A stretch of 63,272 bases of DNA, the filler included, from Octopus bimaculoides (Eukaryota): NCBI RefSeq assembly GCF_001194135.2. It is 5 parts of 5 records of this genome, joined end to end, with 100 filler letters (N's around TTAATTAATTAA, not from the genome) between each part and the next. Parts side by side here need not be neighbours in the genome. Positions count along the whole stretch, not along the records: positions 22,054 to 49,566 come from NC_068988.1; positions 49,667 to 56,182 come from NC_068995.1; 3 more parts are not named here. The stretch is one strand, 5' to 3'. Under the pieces are notes generated by a model that saw only the letters and a program-made list of their open reading frames with translations, searched no databases and was not told the DNA's origin. The number at the start of each line of letters is the position of its first letter. Within the stretch, counting starts at the first letter, position 1. A program made the translations under genes and the position numbers. Positions 39,591-51,710 of this stretch are shown in pieces.

Positions 39591-41100
39591 ACACTAGCAG
39601 AAATACCCGGCTTTGCCCGGGTTAAAGAGAATAATGAAATCTAAAAACGCCGTCTAGACTACGCAACCCTCAACTGTTAGTAGCTACGATACCATATTTC
39701 TACATTAATAACTCTCCAATCCATGCCAGCATGGAACATAGACGTTAAGTGGAATGCCAGTCTCTCATCTAGGTGGGCCTTGAAATCAATCTTACCAACT
39801 GGGGACTATGTGTGTCGTAGTGATAATAAAAAGACCCAAAGGAAGTCTGCAACGAAATAATTTTACTCAACACTTTNNNNNNNNNNNNNNNNNNNNNNNN
39901 NNNNNNNNNNNNNNNNNNNNNNNNNNNNNNNNNNNNNNNNNNNNNNNNNNNNNNNNNNNNNNNNNNNNNNNNNNNNNNNNNNNNNNNNNNNNNNNNNNNN
40001 NNNNNNNNNNNNNNNNNNNNNNNNNNNNNNNNNNNNNNNNNNNNNNNNNNNNNNNNNNNNNNNNNNNNNNNNNNNNNNNNNNNNNNNNNNNNNNNNNNNN
40101 NNNNNNNNNNNNNNNNNNNNNNNNNNNNNNNNNNNNNNNNNNNNNNNNNNNNNNNNNNNNNNNNNNNNNNNNNNNNNNNNNNNNNNNNNNNNNNNNNNNN
40201 NNNNNNNNNNNNNNNNNNNNNNNNNNNNNNNNNNNNNNNNNNNNNNNNNNNNNNNNNNNNNNNNNNNNNNNNNNNNNNNNNNNNNNNNNNNNNNNNNNNN
40301 NNNNNNNNNNNNNNNNNNNNNNNNNNNNNNNNNNNNNNNNNNNNNNNNNNNNNNNNNNNNNNNNNNNNNNNNNNNNNNNNNNNNNNNNNNNNNNNNNNNN
40401 NNNNNNNNNNNNNNNNNNNNNNNNNNNNNNNNNNNNNNNNNNNNNNNNNNNNNNNNNNNNNNNNNNNNNNNNNNNNNNNNNNNNNNNNNNNNNNNNNNNN
40501 NNNNNNNNNNNNNNNNNNNNNNNNNNNNNNNNNNNNNNNNNNNNNNNNNNNNNNNNNNNNNNNNNNNNNNNNNNNNNNNNNNNNNNNNNNNNNNNNNNNN
40601 NNNNNNNNNNNNNNNNNNNNNNNNNNNNNNNNNNNNNNNNNNNNNNNNNNNNNNNNNNNNNNNNNNNNNNNNNNNNNNNNNNNNNNNNNNNNNNNNNNNN
40701 NNNNNNNNNNNNNNNNNNNNNNNNNNNNNNNNNNNNNNNNNNNNNNTCTCTCTCTCTTTCTCTCTTTCTCTCTCTCTCTGAAAGTATCTGTCTTTACAGT
40801 ATCGAAATGTGATTGTTTCAGTTAGTAGAATAGTTTCATTTTTAAAGTGAAAGTATTTGACATGAGTGTTTTTGTTTCACTTTTGACACGTAAATTCTTA
40901 AATAGTGGAGGAGATATTATGTTGCTGTGGGCTCGAACTCTGCAAGAAGTTAAAATTGTTTTGACTAAAACACAACTGGAACCCTAAGTAAGGCATCTGT
41001 AAAATTTGAATGAAATTGGTTACGTAGTTCTCGAGTTTTAGGGATTCACACAGACAGACAGACAGACAGACACACATTCTCATTTTTATATATATAGATT
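39591..41100 (+). mobile_element. Helentron-associated / DINE-1-like non-autonomous element ends, spanning an assembly gap
   Basis: One end reads ACTAGCAGAAATACCCGGCTTTGCCCGGGT, with a short hairpin at 39605-39622. The other end has (ACAG)n followed by ...TTTTTATATATATAGAT (41050-41099). This architecture is typical of DINE-1/HINE elements. Whether both ends belong to one insertion is not verifiable across the gap. Confidence 0.65.
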
Positions 41101-41119
41101 AACTACCCACTTCTTGGTT

Positions 41120-41330
41120 TATTAGACATAGGAAAATCGACTGGAGGCTAGACAATCGATATAGAGAGAATCTATGGATCGTTTGGTGAAATAGCAACGG
41201 ATTACCCGAACCGTTGCTCGCCACTTCAATTCTGCAGACCTCTTCTACTTTCATCTTGCCTCTTTATAGTTATTTCCCGATTCCCTATGAACAATGTTTA
41301 TTTTCCCGCCGATAATCGATTAGCTTTACT
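41120..41330 (+). mobile_element. Penelope-like GIY-YIG fragment
   Basis: Broken frames give IG..IDWRLDNRYRENL and VARHFNSAD, matching PLE endonuclease motifs (RL..R..EH; VA.HFNS..H). Confidence 0.6.
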
Positions 41331-42270
41331 CTGCTCCCACCTTATCCACTAATAGGTGTACACACACATCCATGCCAACCACTTCCAAATACATACAGGT
41401 TACCTTCTTTACACCGAAAAATAGTTTTGTTACTACTTATGCTCCCACTCACACAAACATGTGTGTCCAAATCTCCCAGTATCACTTTACATCATTACTA
41501 CCTACTCCACTAACCTCACCCATCACATACCTAGTCTTTCAGAGCATAACCTATATTCACCCACTGCTCACCATACTATTATCTTCCTAAAATAGCACAC
41601 CCTTACCTACTTCCATTATGCTACTTTTCATCATACAACATGGATAACGATTTGTTTTCCCCAACAACATTTTTGCTTTTCCCCGTTTATCCTGACAAAG
41701 GAAAAATTGACCGAAAAGTCAATATCTCTCCCTTTCACAGATTAAACAGTCTTTGTCTCTTAACTTGTTGTCTGTATATGCATGAAGGATCGATGAAAAA
41801 GAGAAGGAGGGAAACAAAACGTAAGCGTGAGAAAGTGTTACTACAAGTATAACGAGGTAAAATGAAACGAAAAGGCTTAACGTATGGTGTGGCAAGAAAG
41901 GAAAGAATTGGTGTAATTTTTAGCCCCAGGTCAGTTGCGAGATCTATGTATGGTCCAGCAGATTTGTTGACAGAAGTATTCCAGCTGTGACCAAACAATC
42001 TTTATGCCCTTTATTTTTCTCTTTTATCATAGCAGCAGCAGCACCAGCAGTAGCACCAGCGGCAGTAGTATTAGTGGTGGTGGCGTTGGTGGTGGTGGTA
42101 TTAGTGATGGTGGTAGTGGTAATAGTTGTAGTAGTAGTTTTTGTGAGATAGATGGAGTGATACATACATACACATACGTTTACAGAGAAACAGTGATAGG
42201 AAAGAGAAAGAGAGAAACTCTGTGTGTCGGTGTATTTGTATGTGCATATGCAAGGAGGTTTTCATGTGTA

Positions 42271-42324
<54 letters not shown>

Positions 42325-42328
<4 letters not shown>

Positions 42329-43303
42329 GACATGCAGGAAGTAAATAGACACCTTTAATTTTCAAAATCTTTTATTTAATAAGCAAAGCGAACAATTGAA
42401 ATGTAATCGATAGGTAGGACTCCATACATTAGTATTTAGTTGACATTCCCTGTGCAGTTTTTAATTCAGAAACTCTTTTTGGCATTGAACTGATGAGCCT
42501 TGTGATTGTCTCTTGTGGAATTTCTGCCCACTTTTCACAATTCATCTTTAGCTTTAGGTTTCTGTCGAGTTTTTCGTATAGATCTATCTAGTATACTCCA
42601 AACATTTTCAATTGGGTTCATGTCAGGAGATTGGTTCGGCCAAGGAAGCTTTTTGGCCCCATTTTCAGTTAGCCATTGTTGATTCCTTTTCGCGGTGTGG
42701 CATGGAGCCCCATCTTCCTTGAATAAAAACTCATTTTTCGTTATGTTATCATGTGAATACATCGGAAGTAGTCCTTGCTTAAATATTTCGATGTATTTCT
42801 CAGAGTTTATGGTTCCAACACATTCAATCAGCTCAGAATAACTATTGCTGATGACAGCTCCCCATATCATTACAGACATACCGCCATGTTTCACAGTTGG
42901 TTGGAGTCATTTCAAATCAAATTCTTGATTGGGAAGCCTCCAGACCTAAAGACGTCTACTGTCTGAAAATAATTCAAATCTGGATTCATCTGAGAAAATC
43001 ACTCTATCCCAAAATGAACTGGATTTTTCTGACATCTCCTTAGCCCATGTCTTTCTTTTCATGATATTAATTGGTTGAAGGAGAGGTTTTCTTCTAGCTG
43101 CTCGTCCATAATACCGAAGCTTATGCAGATATGTAGCGCACGTTCTTGAACTAACTTCTAGCTGTTTTGCAATGTCAGAAGCCTTCGAACGGGGATCGTT
43201 TTCCACAATTCTCTAGAAACAGCGAAGCTTCTTCCTTTCCGAGGGCCCAATTCGGTCAGGACGAGAATCTGTTGATTCTTTTTCGTGGCCTTTGAATTGC
43301 ACT
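42325..43303 (-). mobile_element. Tc1-family (DD34E) transposon, transposase pseudogene; 5' part lost in the gap
   Basis: RAARRKPLL, VIFSDESRF, TVKHGGMSVMIWG, EDGAPCH...WPNQSPDMNPIENVW, and C-terminal GMSTKY* at 42429. There are 34 residues between D and E. Two in-frame stops lie near 42900-42946 and a frameshift near 42535. Putative TIR CACAGACATGCAGGAAGTAAATAGACACC sits next to a (TA)n tract. Confidence 0.95.
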
Positions 43304-43619
43304 NNNNNNNNNNNNNNNNNNNNNNNNNNNNNNNNNNNNNNNNNNNNNNNNNNNNNNNNNNNNNNNNNNNNNNNNNNNNNNNNNNNNNNNNNNNNNNNNN
43401 NNNNNNNNNNNNNNNNNNNNNNNNNNNNNNNNNNNNNNNNNNNNNNNNNNNNNNNNNNNNNNNNNNNNNNNNNNNNNNNNNNNNNNNNNNNNNNNNNNNN
43501 NNNNNNNNNNNNNNNNNNNNNNNNNNNNNNNNNNNNNNNNNNNNNNNNNNNNNNNNNNNNNNNNNNNNNNNNNNNNNNNNNNNNNNNNNNNNGTGTGTAT
43601 AGATATTTATATATATATA

Positions 43620-44031
43620 ATTTTATTCTTTTATTTGTTTCAGTCATTTGACTACGGGCATGCTGGAGTACCGACTTTAGTTGAGGAAATCGACCCTAGG
43701 ACTTGTTCTTTGTAAGCCTGGTATTTATTCTATCGGTATCTTTTGACGAACCACTACGTTATGGGGACATAAACACACCAGCATCGGCTGTCAAGCGATG
43801 GCAGGGGACAAACACAGGCACATACACTCACTCACACACACACACACACACATACATAACACACACATATACATATATATACGACGGGCTTCTTCCAGTT
43901 TTCGTCTACCAAATCCACTTACAAGGCTTTGGTCGGTCCAAGGCTATAGTAGAAGACACTTGTCCAAGATACCGCGCAGTGGGACTGAATCCGGAACCAT
44001 GCGGTTGGGAAGCAAGATTCTTACTACACAG
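43620..44031 (-). mobile_element. tRNA-derived SINE (family C) with internal (CA)n
   Basis: The reverse-complement head CTGTGTAGTAAGAATCTTGCTTCCCAACCGCATGGTTCCGGATTCAGTCCCACTGCG has A/B-box-like motifs. The 3' end reads ...AGTCAAATGACTGAAACAAATAAAAG. Homologous to 58060-58195. Confidence 0.8.
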
Positions 44032-44039
44032 AATTTATT

Positions 44040-44308
44040 CATGCAATTGATACAGGAGACACTAAATTGGACAAACTAAACTGTCTTTACGAATGAGACA
44101 AAATATTCATCAACAAATACATACTCTCAAAGCAAGATATATTCCACTTCTTGAACATCTAGACAGATGCGCGTGCGCGAAAAGCAAATTTCCTAAATTT
44201 CTTGTCCTCCGACTTTATCAATGTGCAGACAATACTCCAGACCAAGCAAAAGTTAATAAGGCAAGTTTTCTTATTGAAAAATACGAGCCACTGCTGATCA
44301 GGCTATAA
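44040..44308 (+). mobile_element. Penelope-like GIY-YIG endonuclease C-terminal fragment
   Basis: *IGQTKLSLRMRQNIHQQIHTLKARYIPLLEHLDRCA...KFLVLRLYQC...ASFLIEKYEPLLIRL* (the YIG tyrosine is mutated to a stop). Confidence 0.75.
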
Positions 44309-44928
44309 AAAAGACTTAGTAATAGTGCAGAAACATCTCCAAAATTTGGTTGTTAGCAAACCTCATCTTAATTGTTGCGATTAAGCAATACAGAACAGGT
44401 CACCCCCGGGCGTTAGAGAATTACACGAGTGTTTGAAAGGACGCCATCCAAACCTCATCCTTACATCACATATCTAAATTATTTTATTTTCTTCTTAACT
44501 CTTCTGTTGCCATATTTCTGTTGCAACACACTGCCTTTGTCAATTCATTTTTTAAAATAATGAAGAATTTGCTAACGTGTCATTTTCGTTGATGTGACCT
44601 TCCAGCGCGACTGTCACAAGAGGGTAATCCATGTACGCTGATCAATCAGTTTGTACTCTTTAATGGATAGCGCTCCGAGCCATATTCCTTCTTTAAAAAC
44701 AGACTATTTTTGTAATAATACCAAGAATAAACATAATCCGTGACCCAACGCTTTACGTAATAGACTTTTAAAGATCTACTTTGAAACCAGTCAAGTGCAT
44801 TCTTATATTTTAAAATATAATTAAATTCAAATTAATTCTAATTTATTCTCTCTGTATTTTCAATTTCATTTCTTTTTCTATTCCTCCACTTGTTTGGATT
44901 AATAGCAACTTACACACACACACACACA

Positions 44929-44972
<44 letters not shown>

Positions 44973-45201
44973 NNNNNNNNNNNNNNNNNNNNNNNNNNNN
45001 NNNNNNNNNNNNNNNNNNNNNNNNNNNNNNNNNNNNNNNNNNNNNNNNNNNNNNNNNNNNNNNNNNNNNNNNNNNNNNNNNNNNNNNNNNNNNNNNNNNN
45101 NNNNNNNNNNNNNNNNNNNNNNNNNNNNNNNNNNNNNNNNNNNNNNNNNNNNNNNNNNNNNNNNNNNNNNNNNNNNNNNNNNNNNNNNNNNNNNNNNNNN
45201 N

Positions 45202-45244
<43 letters not shown>

Positions 45245-45929
45245 AGTCTTATGTTTTGTGTGTGAATGTAAAGAGAGGTGGAGGGGGCTACACTCTCTAG
45301 AACACGCCTTATTACAGGAAGTTGATAGCAGGGGATTCGACGACGGAACAGCAGACTCTTCCGCCGTTCACCTTCCTATTCACTACTTTCATCTTTGTTA
45401 ATCAACGCAAATACTGCTTCTGCTGCTGCTGCTGCTGTCGTTGTTGTTGTTGTTATCACAGATCTTGGTGATAGTTGTGGCGTTGTTGTTGGTGGTTGTT
45501 GTCGCGTATCGCCCCAGATTAAATCTAATCGAGCAGATCAATGTTATCGTTCCAACTGCGATCATCCTATCTTTTTTGAATATCTTGGACTACATAAGTT
45601 ACTAAAGCAGTATCATTGTTTGTTTTCTTGGTTTGTTTTTGTTGTTGTTGCACCTGCTGTCATTACTGTTGTTGTTGTTGTTGCTGTTGTTGTTGTTGTT
45701 GTTGTTGTCGTCGTCCTTAGTGTTGCTGCTGTTGTTTAACCTCGAGTAGACTTTCGTCCACTACCCCATCGCTTGTTTTCATTTTTCCTGCCACAATGCT
45801 ACTATATAACCGTTATCTAATCTATCCTTCCTTTCTAAGGCTGTTAGGTGTAATACGAGATAGATATAGCTGTTATCTCTAGCAAGTCAAGCATAGCTTA
45901 GTGGCTTGTTCGTTGACACGCATACATGC

Positions 45930-46530
45930 TTGTTGTTGTGTAACGTCCGATCCGCCTTGTTCGAGCTCCCTCACGTACAAGGTCAGTGAGCCAAACGAAG
46001 CGGTGTGTCTATATCAGGGGTTTTCAAACTTTTTGACTTGCGGACCCCTTTATATTTCAGGCTTTACCTTATAAACGCTTATGAAATTTATACATAAATA
46101 TTTGCTTAAAATAACATATATTTTTACATTTATTTATTTAACAGTATTTAACAAATAGGTTTATTGTCAATTAAAAGATTTCGATTAAAAAACATATATA
46201 AAATCAAATTGCCCATAAAAAGTATTTGCTGTTCATGGACCCCCTGTGGTCCGCGGACCACAGTTTGAAAACCCCTGATCTATATAACCATTTTGTCTCT
46301 ATCTAGTTGATAGCACTTGGGCAAGGTGTGGTGAATGGTATCAGGGTGGTGTGTGACAGTGTGGACATATTGCACTGTCTCCACTGTCCACTCTATTCCG
46401 GTACACTTGTAAAGTCTAGAGTTGACCACAGTGGAGATGAACAAGACTGACTCGGTCACAGCATGGCGCTCGCTGTTCCCAAACACATATTGATGAAGGT
46501 ATACATCTCTACCAATAGCACGGTCATTGG
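45930..46530 (-). mobile_element. LINE 3' end with CCHC zinc knuckle (I/Ingi/Jockey-like), interrupted by a hAT MITE
   Basis: Minus strand reads LVHLHCGQL*TLQVYRNRVDSGDSAICPHCHTP / DTIHHTLPKC (consensus LRSGH..L..Y..RI.....CP.C...T..H.L..C). A (CAA)-type tail lies near 45930. Confidence 0.55.
46015..46277. mobile_element. hAT (Charlie-type) MITE
   Basis: 16-bp TIRs CAGGGGTTTTCAAACT / AGTTTGAAAACCCCTG. 8-bp TSD GTCTATAT / ATCTATAT (7/8 match), resembling the NTCTAGAN target. Subterminal GCGGACC motifs are present. Confidence 0.9.
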
Positions 46531-46679
46531 TGTTGCCGCTGTTTCTGTAATTGGAGGATTTTGTTTGTGGTGTCCATGATTGATGTAAATATTTTGTGCG
46601 TTGTTTTGCTTTTCTAGTTTTGCTTTATATAGTGTAGTGCAATCTCTTGCATTTTTGTTTCTCTTTTTCTCTCTTCCTC

Positions 46680-46720
<41 letters not shown>

Positions 46721-47070
46721 TTTGTATTGTAATTGATGCTTTCTTGTGTTGCTGGTGTAAGGAAAACATTGGATTGGGTAGGTGCTATTCTAAGTCTGTC
46801 GTTGTGAAGTGACGTTTTCGAATGATTTAAGTAGGGCTGGGTAGTTGCATAACAGTCAGGAGATGGTCAGAGTATATAAAGGTAATGTTATCTGAGGTAG
46901 GGATAACCCGTGAGGATATAGCTTGAAAAGAAGGGGAAACTCTTGTAACATTAATTCATTAATTAAGTGCTATCAACTAGATTAGACTTGGCATTCTCAC
47001 AATAAGTTTGCTAATATTTCATGTTGTATCTTAAGGTGGTGTGGAAGAATGAAGTGGAAAATGTTGCTTA

Positions 47071-47817
47071 TGAGGTGTAGTCAAAAAGTATCCGACCTTT
47101 GGCCAAAAAACAATAATATTTAAAAAGCTCACCATTTTGATTTAGTCTCCTTCAAAGTTTTCGCCTTGGGAGCCTACACACTTCTGCCAGCGTTCCTGCC
47201 ACTGCTGGAAACACTTCTGGAAATCACTTTTTGGGATACTGTTGAGCTGTGCCGTCAAGTTTTGCTTAATGTCCTCTATTGACTCAAATATTCTCCCTTT
47301 GGGTATTTTTTTGAGTCACATGGAGTCAAGTCTGGGGGGTAGGAAGCCTGACGAACAAGTGGTGTGTTTTGCTTGACGAGGAATGCTTCGACGATTTGGG
47401 CGGAATGAACTGATTGAACTGATCCATGGCTGATTCCAACTTCGGCAACAATCTCTTCAATAGTCACATGACAGTCTTCATAGACTATTCCTCGAACCTT
47501 TGCAATCATCTCGTCGTTTCTGTTAGTCGATGGTCTGCCACAACGTGGCTCACTGTCCACTGAGGTGTGGCCATCTTTGAACCAGTTGTACCACTCCTTC
47601 ATTTGTGTTTTTCTCATAGCATCATCTCCAAAGGCCTTCTGAATCATCTCGATAGTCTTGGTTTGCGTATCACCAAGTTTTTGGCAGAATTTGAAACAGT
47701 ATCGTTGCTCAATGCGTTCGGTCATCTTGACTCAAAAGAGAAATTGCACAGCACACTTTTCGCGTCAGTACTCAACGTCTGTATTCAACGCGTTCGGATA
47801 CTTTTGACAACACCGCG
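47071..47817 (-). mobile_element. mariner element, internally deleted, both TIRs present
   Basis: TIRs TGAGGTGTAGTCAAAAAGTATCCGA and (reverse complement) CGCGGTGTTGTCAAAAGTATCCGA are flanked by TA. The N-terminal HTH (MTERIEQRYCFKFCQKLG...CGRPST) is fused directly to HSAQIVEAFL...YPPDLTPCD. The C-terminus CFQQWQERWQKCVGSQGENFEGD* ends at 47142. Confidence 0.93.
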
Positions 47818-48989
47818 TATATCGATGTTTGTTAAAGTGGTTAAATTGCAGTATCTGTGTTGTGGTTTTATACTACATATACATTGTAACCTGAAATATA
47901 ATTTGGTTGTCAGCGTTTTGTGCCAGTTGTCTGAAAGAAATGCGTGTAATATTTTTGTATCAGATGATGCCGAAAGCTTTATTTATGTCAATGAAAGTTA
48001 AAATGTCGCATACATGGCTGTTTCTCTTGTTGAAGTCACGATGCATTTTCTTGTAATTGTGATGATCTCTATCAGCGTGTTGTGAATTGAAGAGAGGAAT
48101 GTATGGGATGCTACTGTCAAAGCTAAGCCTATGATTTTAGGAGGCGCACAGGAAATTGTTGGGTCAGAATGTTGCTGCATTTTAAGGGTTTTGTTGTGTT
48201 TAATGACTTTTCTTAATTTCTTGATTCAGAGGGTTTAGTAATGTTAATACAAATAGTTAATAAACATTTCAAACACTAGATAGATGCAAGTTGGTAATTT
48301 TCATTGGTGCTGAGCTTCTATATCTTTTCTGGTGTCTAATGAGGGGAAACAAAATCTATAATATATCTCTAGCGGTTTATATTTTTCATTTTCTGATGCA
48401 CTTGATGGGATATATTGGAAAAGGTGTTGATAACAGAGTTGTGATGGACTATGGATATGTGACTGGAAGTTCTTAGTGTAACCCGTAATGTAATGTAGCG
48501 TTAATGGTATTGTTGTTGCTAAAAATGATTAACTCCCCTCAATGCAAGTAAAGTCTTTAAGTTGATGTTAGCCATAACAGCACTTATTTTAATACTCTAT
48601 CTAATGTGTTAGTGCATGTTTGATGATGATGATGATGTTAGAGATGACAGTTCAGATGTCATTTACCCTGAGTTATATTTCTGCTGCATGTCGTTATGTG
48701 ATGACATTGGTTTTATGACATTCACTGTCTCGGTTACTTAAATGGAATTGTTTTTGTTCATGTTGATGGGTTTGATATATTTTTCGGAAGCCTGTATAAA
48801 TAATCGTGATTTATTGAAAAAATATATTTATGTGTGTGTGTGTGTGTTTGTGTGAGTGTGTGTGTGTGTGTACATAGACACACACACAAACACACACATA
48901 TATACAAATACAGTACATATGTACATATCTATACATGTATATAAATATAAACACATACATTCAATAATGTGTAATTATGTACGCATGTG

Positions 48990-49027
<38 letters not shown>

Positions 49028-49339
49028 TACACACACAGCCACAAGATTTCTCTCTTTCTCTCTTTATTTCTCTACTTATTTATTTAATAATCTATTCATT
49101 TATTTATGTAATTGCTTATTGGACGATATAATGGGCAAAATGTATGAATTAACCACGTGAGATTTTTATGATTTTAAAATTTGATCTAGAACAATCCAGA
49201 GAGAAATACATTCATCGCCAGCTATATAAACTCACAGATAATCGACCTGTGAATAGTTTTTAATAAGTGCCAACGCACGAAACTCTCGGAACTTGAGTCA
49301 CTCTGTTACTTCTACTAATATATATATATATGTTTGTGT

Positions 49340-49430
49340 GTGTGTGTGATTTTCATTGCTCACGAAGAGCTATGCTCGAAACGTCAAAAATTCCCTGTTT
49401 TTACTGAGCGTCAAACTAATACATTCCTCT
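49340..49430 (-). mobile_element. Penelope-type pseudo-LTR fragment (same family as 55370-55560)
   Basis: The reverse complement ATGTATTAGTTTGACGCTC...TTTGACGTTTCGAGCATAGCTCTTC matches 55431-55490 ATGTATTAGTATGACGCTC...TTTGACGTTTCGAGCTACGCTCTTC. The PLE assignment is from a recalled GACGTTTCG motif. Confidence 0.5.
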
Positions 49431-49739
49431 GTGTATGTGTCTATTTGTGTTGCAGGCTATGCAGAGAACGACTGGGAAGGTGTTAAATTTAATGTGGCTA
49501 TGTGGATATAAATTATTTCAGGTATAAAAGAATTTAACTGAAATGTTATTCATTAGATATCCTCATNNNNNNNNNNNNNNNNNNNNNNNNNNNNNNNNNN
49601 NNNNNNNNNNTTAATTAATTAANNNNNNNNNNNNNNNNNNNNNNNNNNNNNNNNNNNNNNNNNNNNTCTATCTATCTATTTATCTATCTATCAAGATTGC
49701 TAGCTATATATATATATATATATATATATATGATAGCTG

Positions 49740-50417
49740 TTATTGGGACGGTGTTACTTGTAGTAAACACGGTGGTGGTTATGATAGTGATGTTGGCGGC
49801 GGTGGTGTTTATGGTGCTTGATGTCCGTTTCCCTGGTGGCAGTGGTCATGGTGGGGTTGGGGTTGGGGTTGGGTTGGTGGTGGTGGTGATGGTGGTGGTG
49901 GTGGTGGTGGTGGCTATCGCGTGTCATTAGGACCACCATTAATCTTTTCCGTGTTAGTTCTCTACACTGAATATTCTGGACATGTCACAATATAAATTTC
50001 ACTTGGTATTGTTGTTGTTGCTCTCCTTTCGTTGTTGTTGGTGGTGGTAGTGGTATTGATATTGTTGTTGTTGTTGTTGGTGGTGATGCAGATGTTGTTT
50101 TTGCTGTTGACGGTGTTGGTGTTGTAGATGTTGTTATTGTTCTTGTCAGTATTGTTAGTGTTATTTCTGGTGGCACAGTTACGGTTAGAGTTGTTATGTG
50201 GTTTTTGTTGCTGTTGTTGTTGCTNNNNNNNNNNNNNNNNNNNNNNNNNNNNNNNNNNNNNNNNNNNNNNNNNNNNNNNNNNNNNNNNNNNNNNNNNNNN
50301 NNNNNNNCGGTGGTGGTGGTGGTGGTGGTGGCATCGCTGATGTTGACGGTAGCGTCGTTATTGGTGATTGTGATGCTCATAATTTTCATAATGATCATCA
50401 ACATTACCATCACCATT

Positions 50418-50480
<63 letters not shown>

Positions 50481-50494
50481 GTCGTCGTCATCGT

Positions 50495-50569
<75 letters not shown>

Positions 50570-50585
50570 TATCATCATCATCAAA
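49740..50585. repeat. Cryptic trinucleotide array (GGT/GTT then CAT/CGT)
   Basis: Directly visible; it gives poly-His, poly-Met and poly-Ile pseudo-ORFs in several frames. Confidence 0.92.
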
Positions 50586-50649
50586 ACCTGAATATTAGTG
50601 TTCCGAGTTCCAGGAGTAATATGTCCCAATTAGCCAGTTTCTATGGTGC

Positions 50650-51140
50650 ATGAGTGACCGAGAACAAAATACCTCCTCCCGTAACCCCACATCTTGAAGC
50701 GGGTACCAGTCAGTCGCAAGGTCACTCATTTGCAGCTGAGTGGACTGGAGTGACATGAAATGAAGTGTCTTGCTGAAGAACAAAACACGCCGTCGGTCAG
50801 GGAATCCAAATTCAGATGTTATTTTAATGGTTTCTGAACAAGGCACAAGACTAACCGTTTTAAAGTGCGGCGGGGTTCAGTCGCATATTTGGACCTCAGT
50901 ACTTCGACCCCAGAATGATAAAAGGCAAAGTTGCCCTCGGTGGGATTTGAACTCGAAACGTAAACATTTCGGAAGTAATACAAAGAATTAGTTTCCGACG
51001 CTTTAAAGATTATGGAAGGCGCGTTACCTAGTACATAAGGTGTTGCGTCCATGATCGCATAAACGGGATTTCGATTCCCGAATAGAACGCTGGGTTATAT
51101 TCCTGAGCAAAACAATTCGCTTTGTTCTAGTTCACTTTTT
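50650..51140. mobile_element. Cluster of three SINE fragments (family B minus ~50650-50810, family A minus ~50880-51005, family B plus ~51014-51140)
   Basis: Shared cores CAGCTGAGTGGACTGGAG..ACATGAAATGAAGTGTCTTGCT, GATAAAAGGCAAAGTTG.CCTCGGTGGGATTTGAACTC, and the head GGAAGGCGCG...TTTCGATTCCCG. Confidence 0.65.
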
Positions 51141-51429
51141 TGTAAAAGAATAGCTCTACGGTGAAGTGATGCCACGTTTAGAATCAGTGGTTTGATTTTG
51201 GTCACTTACTTGGTATGAAAAGCGGGTAACTAGCCCTATTATTAGTCCTAGGGACTCGAGACAGTAAAGTCCCGGGGCTGTTGTTGCTGTTGTCGTTGTT
51301 GTTTTGTTGTTGTTGTTGTTGTTGTTGTTGTTTTGTTGTTGTTATTTTTGTTGATGATGATGAAGACGATTTTACCAGATGGCCGCCATCAGTTACTAGT
51401 TGAATATAAATGACCCACTACATGTTTTA

Positions 51430-51710
51430 CATTTTCAGACCTTTAGAATAGGGCGCGTAACAGCACTCGATAAGTGTTGTTAGATATTCACGAGAGTGTA
51501 TCGCAATAGACGTCTGACAACTCCAAGGGAAGAAGTACAATGAAAACAGAAATAAATTTGATAGGAAATTCAATAAAACGACCAGCTGAAAAGACGATAC
51601 GTAAACTACCGAACAAAATGAAAGCAATTGGTTCTGTACATGATGTCCAGGGTGGATGAAACAGATGTCCAAGCAAGCCAAAGGTTAACCTGAACATTGT
51701 GAGTTAAATC
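51430..51710 (+). mobile_element. Decayed Tc1/mariner-superfamily N-terminal HTH fragment (DUF4817-type)
   Basis: FDRKFNK / PAEKTIRKLPNKMKAIGSVHDVQGG*NR resembles F...FN..PS..TI..L..KF..TGSV.D...SGRP. Confidence 0.45.

Noticed and set aside
49697-50653. Poly-His/Gly, poly-Met and poly-Ile ORFs resembling His-rich or beak proteins
   Set aside because: They are (CAT)n/(GGT)n arrays open in nearly all frames, with no signal peptide or splice context.
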